In this document: positions 1-9,861 of the stretch, piece by piece
How the letters are laid out: each line of letters begins with the position of its first letter
Position numbering within the stretch: position 1 is the first letter of the stretch
Source: an uncultured Pelagibacteraceae bacterium
GTDB lineage: Bacteria > Pseudomonadota > Alphaproteobacteria > Pelagibacterales > Pelagibacteraceae
Direction: 5' to 3'
DNA: 64,000 bases
Assembly: GCA_902543245.1 (NCBI GenBank)
Contig: CACBXQ010000007.1
Span: 161-64,160 of the forward strand
The notes under the pieces: generated by a model
What the model saw: only the letters and a program-made list of their open reading frames with translations
Told to the model about the DNA's origin: nothing
Database searches by the model: none
Program-made: the position numbers and the translations under genes

Positions 1-363
1 GCATCATTCCACATACCTTTTTCCATTAAATTAATTGATTTCTTCGCTATATTAAAATCTCTATCGGTATAATATTGTGACGAACCTCTATAATTTTTAA
101 GTTCTTTTTTTTACTATCAGTGGTTTTTTTATAGGTAAAAGAAATTCATTTTTTGTAGGTTTAGTTTTTTTTGTTTCAATAATTATTTCATTATTGATAT
201 TTGGTTTCTTTTTGGGTTTAATTATTCCACTAAAAGTTTTGTCAGAATCAATTATTTTTGGTTTTATTTTTGGTAAAATATTAATTTCTGCATTGATAGA
301 AAAAGTGGATAAAATTAGAGAAATAAGTATAAAGCTTATAAAAAATGATCTATTGTGATACAT
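1..363 (-). CDS. Soluble lytic transglycosylase (Slt-like), 5' part; apparent frameshift in an A8 run; continues off the window's left edge
   Basis: Signal-peptide-like N-terminus and Lys/Pro-rich linker. The 97..363 ORF stops just after the A8 run (T8 at 105-112 on +). Removing one A gives an open continuation, KKELKNYRGSSQYYTDRDFNIAKKSINLMEKGMWND. Divergent from dapA, the usual position of slt in alphaproteobacteria. Confidence 0.6.
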
Positions 364-405
364 AAGTTTTTACTAATTAATTTATAAATAATGTTATAAG
401 GTTTT

Positions 406-1290
406 ATGTTTAAAGGTTCAAATGTTGCTTTAATTACCCCTTTCAAGAATAATGAGCTCGATGTAGATGCATATTTAAAGCTAATTCATTTTCATTTGGA
501 AAATGGTACCAACGGACTTGTCCCAGCAGGTACAACGGGTGAATCTCCAACATTAAATCACAAAGAGCATGAAAAAGTCATAGAAATTTGTATTAACGAG
601 GCCAAGGGTAAAATTCCAGTAATCGCTGGAACAGGTTCTAATTCAACTGAGGAAGCAGTTTCTTTAACTAAACATGCAGAAAAAGCTGGTGCTGATGGAG
701 CTTTAGTAGTCACTCCTTATTATAACAAACCAACCCAAGACGGCCTGTATCAACATTATAAAAAAATAAATGATAATACCAATATACCTATAATAATTTA
801 TAATATTCCAAGTAGATGTGTTATCGATATGTCAGTTGATACTATGGCTAGATTATTTGAATTAAAGAATATTGTTGGTGTTAAGGACGCAACAGGAGAT
901 TTAAATCGACTTGATCAAACAATAAAAAAATTAGGTTCTGAATTTATTCAGTTAACAGGTGAGGATGGATTGGCATTTAAATTTAATCAAAGGGGTGGAG
1001 TAGGTATAATTTCAGTAACAGCGAATATTGCTCCAAAGATGTGTTCGGATATGCAAAAATATTCTAAATCTGATTCTCAAAGTGAAATTAAAGAAGCAGA
1101 AAAAATTGATCAAATGCTACAACCATTACATAAATCATTGTTTATAGAAAGTAATCCAGCACCAACAAAGTATGCTGCAAAACTCTTGGGATTATGTAGT
1201 GATGAAATTAGACTTCCATTAGTAAATATTAAAAAAGAAACTGAAGAAGAGGTTGAAAAGGCATTATCATCCATTAAACTTTTAAAATGA
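406..1290 (+). CDS. dapA: 4-hydroxy-tetrahydrodipicolinate synthase
   Basis: GTTGES, PYYNKP, YNIPSR and GVKDATG motifs. Confidence 0.98.
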   Translation: MFKGSNVALITPFKNNELDVDAYLKLIHFHLENGTNGLVPAGTTGESPTLNHKEHEKVIEICINEAKGKIPVIAGTGSNSTEEAVSLTKHAEKAGADGALVVTPYYNKPTQDGLYQHYKKINDNTNIPIIIYNIPSRCVIDMSVDTMARLFELKNIVGVKDATGDLNRLDQTIKKLGSEFIQLTGEDGLAFKFNQRGGVGIISVTANIAPKMCSDMQKYSKSDSQSEIKEAEKIDQMLQPLHKSLFIESNPAPTKYAAKLLGLCSDEIRLPLVNIKKETEEEVEKALSSIKLLK

Positions 1291-1757
1291 GTACCAAAAC
1301 CAATCCTGGTTTGAAAATTATTTGTTTAAATAGAAAAGCAAGCTTTAATTATTTTTTTGAGCAATTAATTGAGGCAGGTATAGTACTTAAGGGATCAGAA
1401 ATTAAATCAATTAGAAATGGAAAAGTTAATATCTCTGAGTCATATGCTGTTGAAAAAGGGGGAGAGATTTTTTTGGTAAATTCGCATATAGCTTCTTACA
1501 AAGAGGCAAGTTACTCAGATCATAATCCTACTGACGAAAGAAAACTTCTTTTTAATAAAAAAGAAGTTAATAAACTGATAGGTAAAGTTAATCGAGATGG
1601 CTTCTCTTTAATACCTACAAAAATGTACTTTAAAAAAGGAAAAGCTAAACTTGAAGTTGCTATTGCTAAGGGTAAAAAAAAATATGACAAAAGACAAACT
1701 ATTAAAAATCGTCAATGGAATAGAGACAAATCAAGATATGTTAGAAGATCAAGTTAA
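1287..1757 (+). CDS. smpB: SsrA-binding protein
   Basis: [21 protein letters not shown] and GKKKYDKR motifs. Confidence 0.97.
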   Translation: MSTKTNPGLKIICLNRKASFNYFFEQLIEAGIVLKGSEIKSIRNGKVNISESYAVEKGGEIFLVNSHIASYKEASYSDHNPTDERKLLFNKKEVNKLIGKVNRDGFSLIPTKMYFKKGKAKLEVAIAKGKKKYDKRQTIKNRQWNRDKSRYVRRSS

Positions 1758-2241
1758 TTCAGTTTATTTAGCTATTGGATCAAACCTAGGTAATAAAATT
1801 CAAAATATTCAAAAAAGTATTTTTTTCTTAAGTAGGAGGGTAAGTATAACTAAAATTTCTGGATATTATGAAACACCATCATGGCCAGATAAAAAAAAAC
1901 CTAAATTTGTTAATGTTGTAATCCAGGTACATACTATATTAACCATAATTGAACTCTATAACCTTTGTTTAAATATTGAAAAAAATTTAGGAAGATTAAG
2001 GCATGGAAAAAATGATCCACGTACTTGTGATATAGATATAGTTGATTTCAATAATAGAGTTATTTATGACTTCAAAAATAAACTCTTTTCACCACATAAA
2101 TCAATGCATAGAAGAAATTTTGTATTAATACCATTACTTGAAATATCAAAAAATTGGTTTCACCCTAAAAAAAATATGAAAATTATTAACTTAATATCAA
2201 AATTGCCTCCAAGAGACCTAATGTCTATTAAAAAAATTTAA
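1738..2241 (+). CDS. folK: 2-amino-4-hydroxy-6-hydroxymethyldihydropteridine diphosphokinase
   Basis: [17 protein letters not shown] and PH..M..R.FVL.PL motifs. Start uncertain (ATG 1738 or 1684; the ORF track's 1651 start overlaps smpB heavily). Confidence 0.93.
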   Translation: MLEDQVNSVYLAIGSNLGNKIQNIQKSIFFLSRRVSITKISGYYETPSWPDKKKPKFVNVVIQVHTILTIIELYNLCLNIEKNLGRLRHGKNDPRTCDIDIVDFNNRVIYDFKNKLFSPHKSMHRRNFVLIPLLEISKNWFHPKKNMKIINLISKLPPRDLMSIKKI

Positions 2242-2261
2242 ATTTAGTGTTATAATTAAAA

Positions 2262-4007
2262 ATGCTTAAACCTGATGAACTAATTAACAAAGTAAAAAGC
2301 TATAATAAATTTTTAAATCCTGATGCTTTATCAAAGGCTTATGATTTTGCCTTAAAAGCTCATCAGAAACAAAAAAGAGATGAAGGATCTCCATACATCA
2401 TACATCCCGTAGCTGTTGCAGATATTTTGACTGAACTTAAACTTGATAGCGCAACTATAGCTACAGGTCTTTTACATGATACAATTGAAGATACTCATGC
2501 AACGTATGAGACAGTTAAGGAAGAGTTTGGTCAGGAAGTAGCAGACTTAGTAGACGGTGTTACAAAAATTTCTGTATTTGAAAATAAAGCTAACTCAAAT
2601 TCAAAAGCTGAAAATTTTAGAAAATTAATTATTGCAACATCAAAAGACATAAGAGTTTTGTTAGTGAAATTAGCTGATAGGCTTCACAACATGAGAACAA
2701 TTCACTTCGTAAAAGATAAAGAAAAACAAATCAGAAAAGCTAAAGAAACAATGGAAATTTATTCACCACTAGCTGATAGAATGGGCATGAATACAATAAG
2801 AGATGAATTAGACGATCTGTGCTTTAAAGTTTTAAATGATGAAGCGAGAGAACTTATTAAGAAAAGATTAGATGAAATCAAAGAAAATAATTTATCAAGC
2901 TTTGAGACTCTTTCTGATGAATTTTTGAATGTATTAAATAAACATAAAATAAATGTTAAAATTTTTGGAAGAGAAAAGACACCATTTTCAATCTGGAGAA
3001 AGATACAAAAAAAAAGAATTTCATTAGAGCAGATCACAGATATTATTGGTTTTAGATTAATTCTTGATAATGTAGATGATTGCTATAAAGCTTTAGGTAT
3101 TTTTCATACCGAATGGACATGTATACCGGGTAAATTTAAAGACTATATCTCATCACCTAAAATAAATGAATATAAATCATTACACACATCTATTCTTGGG
3201 CCAAACAAGAGACCAATAGAGATTCAATTAAGAACAATGCAAATGCATGAATTTGCACAAAGAGGTATAGCTTCTCATTGGAAATATAAATCCTCAGAAA
3301 AGTCAAATTCATTAACTTGGAAGGAATATGATTGGTTAAAAGATTTAGTGGATATTATTGAAAGAAATGAAAATCCTGACCATTATTTTGAATATACAAA
3401 ACTTCAAATGTTTCAGGAAAATGTTTTTTGTTTTACACCTAAAGGATTGATAATTAAGCTTCCCAAAGATGCGACCCCAATAGATTTTGCTTATGCAGTA
3501 CATACTAAAATTGGTGATACAGCAGTAGGATGTGAAATTAATGGTCAAGAAAGTCCTCTGCAAAGTAAACTTAATAATGGAGACATGGTTAAAATAATTA
3601 GATCAAAAAATGTTTCCCCATCTTTACATTGGATAAACACTACAATGACTGGTAAAGCCAGATCAGCAATAAGGAGACATTGGCAACAAAAAGACACTAA
3701 TCCAGATGGAGATAAAAAGGACTATAATGCTATTTTATGGCTTTCATTGCCAGACATTCCAGGAAAATTAGGTGAGGTTACAACCTTAATAGGAACAAAC
3801 CAATTAAATATATCAAGTGTAGAAATGACTGAAAAATCATCTAAATATATCAACTTTAAATTTAATTTAATTATTAGTGATCTGAAAAACTTTACAAATC
3901 TTATAAGTGAGCTAAAACAAAGAGACTTTGATTTCAGAATAATAAGAAATAAAGATAAAAAAAATGCTTTCTTTAAAAAATTCTTTAGCAATTTTAAAAA
4001 AAACTAA
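2262..4007 (+). CDS. spoT: Bifunctional (p)ppGpp synthetase/hydrolase (RelA/SpoT homologue), compact form
   Basis: HD hydrolase LLHDTIEDT and KLADRLHNMRT; synthetase YKSLHT/EIQLRT; TGS domain FTPKG..DFAYAVHT; C-terminal ACT-like domain. Confidence 0.96.
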   Translation: MLKPDELINKVKSYNKFLNPDALSKAYDFALKAHQKQKRDEGSPYIIHPVAVADILTELKLDSATIATGLLHDTIEDTHATYETVKEEFGQEVADLVDGVTKISVFENKANSNSKAENFRKLIIATSKDIRVLLVKLADRLHNMRTIHFVKDKEKQIRKAKETMEIYSPLADRMGMNTIRDELDDLCFKVLNDEARELIKKRLDEIKENNLSSFETLSDEFLNVLNKHKINVKIFGREKTPFSIWRKIQKKRISLEQITDIIGFRLILDNVDDCYKALGIFHTEWTCIPGKFKDYISSPKINEYKSLHTSILGPNKRPIEIQLRTMQMHEFAQRGIASHWKYKSSEKSNSLTWKEYDWLKDLVDIIERNENPDHYFEYTKLQMFQENVFCFTPKGLIIKLPKDATPIDFAYAVHTKIGDTAVGCEINGQESPLQSKLNNGDMVKIIRSKNVSPSLHWINTTMTGKARSAIRRHWQQKDTNPDGDKKDYNAILWLSLPDIPGKLGEVTTLIGTNQLNISSVEMTEKSSKYINFKFNLIISDLKNFTNLISELKQRDFDFRIIRNKDKKNAFFKKFFSNFKKN

Positions 4008-4551
4008 TGCTCTTATTGAGGGTCATTTTGTTTTGTCATCGGGTAGACATTCGGGTCAATATGTACAATGTGCTAAACTTTTAAGTAAACCAAATTATAG
4101 CAAAAAGATCTGCATTTCTTTATCTAAAAAAATTAAAAAAAATTATAAAAATATCAATCTGATTTTAGCTCCTGCAATTGGTGGAATTATAATTGGTTAT
4201 GAAATTGGCAGATTGCTAAATTTAGAAACAATTTTTTGTGAAAGAGTAAAAAAAAAATTTCAATTAAGAAGAGGTTTTGTAATTCCAAAGAATTCTAATG
4301 TATTGATAGTAGAAGATGTAATAACAACTGGTAAATCTAGTTTAGAATGTGTAAATTTAATAAAAAACTCTAAAGCTAAATTATTAGGTTTTGCATGTAT
4401 AATTGACAGATCTGAAAAAAAATCACTTAAAATTAAAACTAAAATTATCTCACAAATAAAGATTAACATAAAAACTTATACTAAAAAAAATATTCCAAAT
4501 AATTTAAAAAAAATACCAATATCAAAACCAGGTAGCAGGTTTATTCTATGA
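3964..4551 (+). CDS. pyrE: Orotate phosphoribosyltransferase
   Basis: GHFVLSSGRHS and PRPP motif VEDVITTG. Confidence 0.96.
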   Translation: MLSLKNSLAILKKTNALIEGHFVLSSGRHSGQYVQCAKLLSKPNYSKKICISLSKKIKKNYKNINLILAPAIGGIIIGYEIGRLLNLETIFCERVKKKFQLRRGFVIPKNSNVLIVEDVITTGKSSLECVNLIKNSKAKLLGFACIIDRSEKKSLKIKTKIISQIKINIKTYTKKNIPNNLKKIPISKPGSRFIL

Positions 4552-5261
4552 AAAAACTTGGCGTTAACATTGATCATATTGCAACATTGAGAAATGCCAG
4601 AGGTGAGGATCATCCAAATATTTTATTTGCTGCTAAATATGCTTATAAAAAAGGTGCTGATTCAATCACGATTCATTTAAGAGAAGATAGAAGACATATT
4701 AAAGATTATGATCTAAAGCAGATAGTTAAAACAAAAATACCCTTAAATTTAGAATTAGCTGCATCTAAGAGTATGGTAAAAATAGCACTTAAAAATAAAC
4801 CAGATTATATTTGTATAGTTCCAGAAAAAAGAAAAGAGATTACAACAGAAGGTGGATTAAACTTAAAAAAAAATACTATCTTTCTGAAAAAAATAATTAA
4901 AATTTTCAATAGCAATAAAATTCGAACAAGTTTATTTATTGACCCAAATATTAAGTCAATAAATCTATCAAAGGATATAGGTACAAAATGTGTGGAACTT
5001 CACACAGGAAAGCTTTCTACTTTAATTAAAAAAAAACTAAATTATTCTTTCGAACTTGAAAAAATTAAAAAATGTGCCCTACTGGGCAAATCATTAGGTA
5101 TAGAGGTACATGCTGGTCATGGCATGGATTACAAAACTACAAAGATATTATCTAAAATCAATGAAATTAGTGAATTTAACATTGGTCATTTCTTAATAGG
5201 TGAGTCAATATTTAATGGTCTTGGAAATACTATAAAGAAATTTAAAAATTTAATGAAATAA
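4548..5261 (+). CDS. pdxJ: Pyridoxine 5'-phosphate synthase
   Basis: LGVNIDHIATLRNAR, HLREDRRHI and HAGHG motifs. Confidence 0.98.
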   Translation: MKKLGVNIDHIATLRNARGEDHPNILFAAKYAYKKGADSITIHLREDRRHIKDYDLKQIVKTKIPLNLELAASKSMVKIALKNKPDYICIVPEKRKEITTEGGLNLKKNTIFLKKIIKIFNSNKIRTSLFIDPNIKSINLSKDIGTKCVELHTGKLSTLIKKKLNYSFELEKIKKCALLGKSLGIEVHAGHGMDYKTTKILSKINEISEFNIGHFLIGESIFNGLGNTIKKFKNLMK

Positions 5262-5263
5262 TT

Positions 5264-5644
5264 ATGAAAATTTATGGCATTGGATCTGATATAATATCTA
5301 ATATTAGAATTAAAAAAAATTTAAAAAATAAAAAATTTTTAAAGCGAATATTTTCCATGGAAGAGATTAAAAAGGGTAGTAAATTAAAAAACAAGTTTAT
5401 GTATTTTAGTAAAAGATTTGCTGCTAAAGAAGCTTTTGTTAAAGCTCTAGGCACAGGTTTTAGAGATAATATTAATTTTAATTCTATTTCAATATTAAAT
5501 GATAATAAAGGAAAGCCTTATATAAAGTGTGAAAAAAGTCTAAATAAAAAAATAAAAGCTTTTACAAAAAAGAAGAAACTAAATATTTTCATATCGTTAG
5601 CAGATGAAAAAGACTATTCATTAGCATTTGTTATAATTCAATAA
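5264..5644 (+). CDS. acpS: Holo-ACP synthase
   Basis: GIGSDI, RFAAKEAFVKALGTG and GKP motifs. Confidence 0.97.
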   Translation: MKIYGIGSDIISNIRIKKNLKNKKFLKRIFSMEEIKKGSKLKNKFMYFSKRFAAKEAFVKALGTGFRDNINFNSISILNDNKGKPYIKCEKSLNKKIKAFTKKKKLNIFISLADEKDYSLAFVIIQ

Positions 5645-5645
5645 A

Positions 5646-6380
5646 ATGATTAGTAAAAAATTTATTTCAGAAAATTTAAAAACAATTTTTTATGCTATTA
5701 TAATAGCTGTATTTATAAGATCTTTATTTTTTCAACCATTTTATATTCCATCCTCATCTATGGAACCTAATTTGTTAGTGGGTGATAGATTATTTGTTTC
5801 AAAATATTCTTATGGTTATAGCAAACATTCATTCCCTTTTAGCCCAAAAATCTTTAATGGGAGACTTTTGTTTAACGAACCTCAAAGAGGAGATGTTGTA
5901 GTTTTTAAAACACCTTCAGATAATAGGACTGACTATATTAAGCGTTTAATAGGACTTCCAGGTGATGTTATTCAATTTATTGATGGTAATTTGTACTTAA
6001 ATAATAACCAGGTTTTTAAATCGATAATTTCAAAAGATGATAGAATATATTGTGGTTCTACAACTATAGAAACATATACATTCAGTGAAGAGTTATCTAA
6101 TTTAGTAAAATTTAATACAGTTTATAGAAAAAATGGTGGCTATCAAAACTCTGATAAATTTAAAGTACCTGCTAATCATTATTTTTTTCTTGGTGATAAT
6201 AGGGATTGTTCAAAAGATAGCAGATTTTTAGGAAGTGTAGGCTATGTTCACAAGGAAAACTTAGTAGGTAAAGCTAGATTTATATTTTTTTCTTCTGACT
6301 ATAGAATTGGCTCAATTTTAAAATTTTGGAAATGGAATGAAACTATAAGATTTGAAAGGTTTTTTAAAATAATTAATTAA
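5646..6380 (+). CDS. lepB: Signal peptidase I
   Basis: IPSSSMEP (catalytic Ser), YIKRLIGLPGD (catalytic Lys), GDNRDCSKDSR. Confidence 0.98.
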   Translation: MISKKFISENLKTIFYAIIIAVFIRSLFFQPFYIPSSSMEPNLLVGDRLFVSKYSYGYSKHSFPFSPKIFNGRLLFNEPQRGDVVVFKTPSDNRTDYIKRLIGLPGDVIQFIDGNLYLNNNQVFKSIISKDDRIYCGSTTIETYTFSEELSNLVKFNTVYRKNGGYQNSDKFKVPANHYFFLGDNRDCSKDSRFLGSVGYVHKENLVGKARFIFFSSDYRIGSILKFWKWNETIRFERFFKIIN

Positions 6381-7045
6381 TGAGTAAAATTAATTTAATA
6401 GAATTAGAGAGAACTATAAATATAAATTTTATAAATAAAGAAAATCTTATTTTATCCTTGACCCATAAGAGTCATAACTCGAAAATTAATAATGAAAGAT
6501 TAGAATTTATAGGTGATAGAGTTCTAGGTTTAATAATATCATCCGAATTGCTAAAAATTTATCCTAACCAAAAAGTTGGCTATCTTGACAAAATGTTTTC
6601 ATCAATGGTTAATAAAAGAACTCTTCTTAATATAGGAAAAAAGATAGGTTTAGAAAAATTTATTATTGGTGGTAGTACTTCAAAAAAAAATATAGAAGAT
6701 AAAATAATATCTGACACTTGTGAGGCTCTAATTGGAGCGATATTTTTAGACTTTGGTTATATTAAAGCTAAAAAGTTTATTCTAAATTACTGGGAAAAAT
6801 ATTTTAAACTTAATACAACCTATCAAGTAGATTCAAAAACAAAATTACAGGAATATTCATTAAAGAAATATAAAGTTCTTCCAATATATAAACTTATCAG
6901 CAACAGTGGACCAAGACATAAACCTATATTTAAAATTGGAGTAAGATTAAAAAATACTAAGTTTGTTTATGCAACTGGTTCATCTAAAAAGAATGCTGAA
7001 TCAAAGGCAGCTGAAATTCTATTAAAGAATATTGGTGTTGAATGA
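6380..7045 (+). CDS. rnc: Ribonuclease III
   Basis: NERLEFIGD, D.CEALIGA and C-terminal dsRBD (KTKLQE). Confidence 0.97.
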   Translation: MSKINLIELERTININFINKENLILSLTHKSHNSKINNERLEFIGDRVLGLIISSELLKIYPNQKVGYLDKMFSSMVNKRTLLNIGKKIGLEKFIIGGSTSKKNIEDKIISDTCEALIGAIFLDFGYIKAKKFILNYWEKYFKLNTTYQVDSKTKLQEYSLKKYKVLPIYKLISNSGPRHKPIFKIGVRLKNTKFVYATGSSKKNAESKAAEILLKNIGVE

Positions 7046-7722
7046 GCTGGAGCGATACAGGTTATCTAATTAGTAAAACTAAATACAACGAAAACTCATC
7101 TATAGTTGAATTTTATACAAAAGCTCATGGAAAATCTACTGGTATAATTTTTGGATCAACATCAAAAAAAATTAAAAATTATTTACAAATAGGAAATAAG
7201 TTTTTTTTAAACTATATTTCTAAAAACGATAACAAAATAGGTTATTTTAAAGTAGAAATATTAAAAGCTTTTGGTCCATATTTCTTTGAGGATAAACAGA
7301 GACTACTTTGTCTTACTTCCTCATTAAAATTAATTAAAATTTTAACTGTTGAGGCAGAAACAAATGAAAAAATTTTTAATTTATTAGATGCACTTTTTGA
7401 AATTATTACTAACGATAAGTGGATTAAAAAATATATTTTTTGGGAACTTAATTTATTAAAATATAATGGATATGACCTTAATTTAGAAAAAATAGCTAAA
7501 ACAGAAATTACAGATAAAAAAAAGAGGTATTTTGTAGAATCTAAAACAGAAAAGAAATATGTACCTAATTTTATGATTGAACCAGATTTAGATGAGAATA
7601 ATTTGAATAATCTAATAGCCGGTTTAGTTTTAGTAGGTGATTATCTTGATAAAAGTATTTTAAGACCAAATAATTTAATTTATCCTATTGATAGAACAAA
7701 TTTTATTAATTCATTAAAGTAA
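7042..7722 (+). CDS. recO: DNA repair protein RecO
   Basis: MSWSDTG..Y.E.S.IVEFYT..HG N-terminal OB-fold; WELNLL..GY; position after rnc. Confidence 0.9.
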   Translation: MSWSDTGYLISKTKYNENSSIVEFYTKAHGKSTGIIFGSTSKKIKNYLQIGNKFFLNYISKNDNKIGYFKVEILKAFGPYFFEDKQRLLCLTSSLKLIKILTVEAETNEKIFNLLDALFEIITNDKWIKKYIFWELNLLKYNGYDLNLEKIAKTEITDKKKRYFVESKTEKKYVPNFMIEPDLDENNLNNLIAGLVLVGDYLDKSILRPNNLIYPIDRTNFINSLK

Positions 7723-8715
7723 TTATTTTAATACATTAGCTAATTGATAGGCAAAGTATGTAACTATTGCACTGCAACCAGCTCTTTTAAACGAAATTAA
7801 ACTCTCTAAAATAGCATCATCTTTAATTATTTTTCTTTTAATACCATTCATTATAAGTGAATATTCACCTGAAACTTGATAAGCGAAAACTGGTATTTTG
7901 AATTCTTCTTTAATAGAACTGATAATGTCTAAATATGGCAAGCCAGGTTTAACCATCACAATGTCTGCACCTTCTTTAATATCTAACGATATTTCTCTTA
8001 ACGCTTCTTTTTTATTTTTGTAATCCATTTGATAATCTTTTTTATCATTTTTTAAATTTTTTCTAGATCCTATAGCTTCTCTAAATGGTCCATAGTAATT
8101 AGATGCAAATTTAACAGCATAAGAAAGTATTTGTACCAATTCAAAATTATTTTTATCTAATATCTTTCTTATTTGACCAACTCTTCCATCCATCATGTCA
8201 GATGGTGCTATTACATCACACCCCATTTGTGCTTGTAGTAATGATTGTTTGCATAATATCTCTACAGTTTTGTCATTATTAACGTAATTATTTTCTAATA
8301 TTCCATCATGCCCGTGCGATGTATATGGATCTAAAGCTACATCAGTCATTATGCCAATTTGATTTTTGTATCTATCTTTTATGTATCGAATGCTTTTGCA
8401 AACAAGATTGTCTTCATTTAAAGATTCTGATCCTTTTAAATTTTTTAATTTTTGATTCGTGTAAGGAAAAATTGATACCATAGGTATTCCATTTTTAATT
8501 GCTTTATCAACAATTTTTCCTAAATTATTGATACTATATCTGTTTATACCGGGCATATTTTTTATGGTTTGAATTTTATTTTTTCCTTCCATTACAAATA
8601 TGGGCATTATAATGTCATTGGAAGATAGGTTTGTTTCCTCTAATAATCTTCTTATCCAAGCTTGTTTTCTGTTTCTTCTCAGTCTTAGTTGTGGGTATTT
8701 ACCTGTGATAATCAT
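7723..8715 (-). CDS. hemB: Porphobilinogen synthase (non-zinc type)
   Basis: RLRR, DVALDPYTSHGHDG, APSDMMDGR, MVKPG and AYQVSGEY motifs; start ATG 8715 or TTG 8721. Confidence 0.97.
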   Translation of the reverse strand: MIITGKYPQLRLRRNRKQAWIRRLLEETNLSSNDIIMPIFVMEGKNKIQTIKNMPGINRYSINNLGKIVDKAIKNGIPMVSIFPYTNQKLKNLKGSESLNEDNLVCKSIRYIKDRYKNQIGIMTDVALDPYTSHGHDGILENNYVNNDKTVEILCKQSLLQAQMGCDVIAPSDMMDGRVGQIRKILDKNNFELVQILSYAVKFASNYYGPFREAIGSRKNLKNDKKDYQMDYKNKKEALREISLDIKEGADIVMVKPGLPYLDIISSIKEEFKIPVFAYQVSGEYSLIMNGIKRKIIKDDAILESLISFKRAGCSAIVTYFAYQLANVLK

Positions 8716-8792
8716 TATCAAATAATATTTTTATGTGCGACAATAGTTATATATATTATAGTATTAAATATAGTAATTAATAAAAAATTAGC

Positions 8793-9416
8793 ATGAATAA
8801 TATAAGTTCTATTAACAAATTCAATTTAAAATCACAAAATGATGATTTTCATAAACAAGATATATCTTTTGATATAAATAAACTTCAAGAAGCTTGCAAT
8901 GAAATACTTGCAATGAAAGGTTTTGATACTAGTTTGGGCATTCCTCACTTTGCATCAATTTCATTAAACCAAATCCCTGGTGATCCAGACTCTATTAAAG
9001 GAAGTAAGATTAGAGGTGTCTATTGGACCAAACCAGATTCATCAGGAAAAGAGGTATCAAGAGATATTGATATTGATGAAACTAAATACACTGAATTTGT
9101 AAAAGACTTTGAACATACTTATTTTAAATTTGTTTTTGATGAGTTAAGCAAACGTTATAAGTTAGGTAGAGTAAGATTATTATTAAAAGAACCAAGATCA
9201 ACTTTAAGTTGGCACCGTGATCCGGAACCTAGATTACATATACCTATATTTACAAATCCAGGAAGTATGATGGTAATAGAGGACAGAGCAAAGCATATGC
9301 CGGCTGATGGAGGTGTTTGGATAACAAACAATGTAAAATATCACAATGCATTTAATGGTGGTGAAGAGAATAGAGTTCATCTAGTTGCATGTGTTTTAGA
9401 CTATAAATTTAATTAA
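8793..9416 (+). CDS. Aspartyl/asparaginyl beta-hydroxylase-like Fe(II)/2-oxoglutarate oxygenase, substrate unknown
   Basis: HxD...H facial triad (LSWHRD ... YHNAFNGG), RLHIPI.TN and RVHLV, typical of the AspH-like double-stranded beta-helix. Confidence 0.75.
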   Translation: MNNISSINKFNLKSQNDDFHKQDISFDINKLQEACNEILAMKGFDTSLGIPHFASISLNQIPGDPDSIKGSKIRGVYWTKPDSSGKEVSRDIDIDETKYTEFVKDFEHTYFKFVFDELSKRYKLGRVRLLLKEPRSTLSWHRDPEPRLHIPIFTNPGSMMVIEDRAKHMPADGGVWITNNVKYHNAFNGGEENRVHLVACVLDYKFN

Positions 9417-9437
9417 ATTTAAAATATACTATCAATA

Positions 9438-9860
9438 TTGAAAAAAATATTAATAGCTTCTGATCATGCTGGTTTTAAATTAAAAAAACAGCTTATACCA
9501 TTAATAGAAAAAAAATTTAAACTTAATGATTTAGGTCCCGTAAATGATAATTCTATTGATTATCCTGATTTAGCCTTAAAACTCTCAAAAAGAATATCCA
9601 AAAGCAAAAATCTCTTTGGTATACTTATTTGTGGTTCAGGAATGGGTATGGCTATGGCCGCAAATAAGGTAAAAAACGTAAGAGCGGCTTTATGTTATAG
9701 TACTAAAAACACCAAATTATCTAGATTGCATAATAATGCAAACATTATTACACTAGGAAGTAGGTTGACTAGTAAAAAAAAAGCAATACAACTAATAAGT
9801 CTATTCTTATCGACAAAATTTGAAGGGGGTAGACATTTAAGGAGAATTAAAAAAATATAA
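9438..9860 (+). CDS. rpiB: Ribose 5-phosphate isomerase B
   Basis: SDHAG, DYPD, ICGSGMG, HNNAN and FEGGRH motifs. Confidence 0.97.
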   Translation: MKKILIASDHAGFKLKKQLIPLIEKKFKLNDLGPVNDNSIDYPDLALKLSKRISKSKNLFGILICGSGMGMAMAANKVKNVRAALCYSTKNTKLSRLHNNANIITLGSRLTSKKKAIQLISLFLSTKFEGGRHLRRIKKI

Positions 9861-9861
9861 T

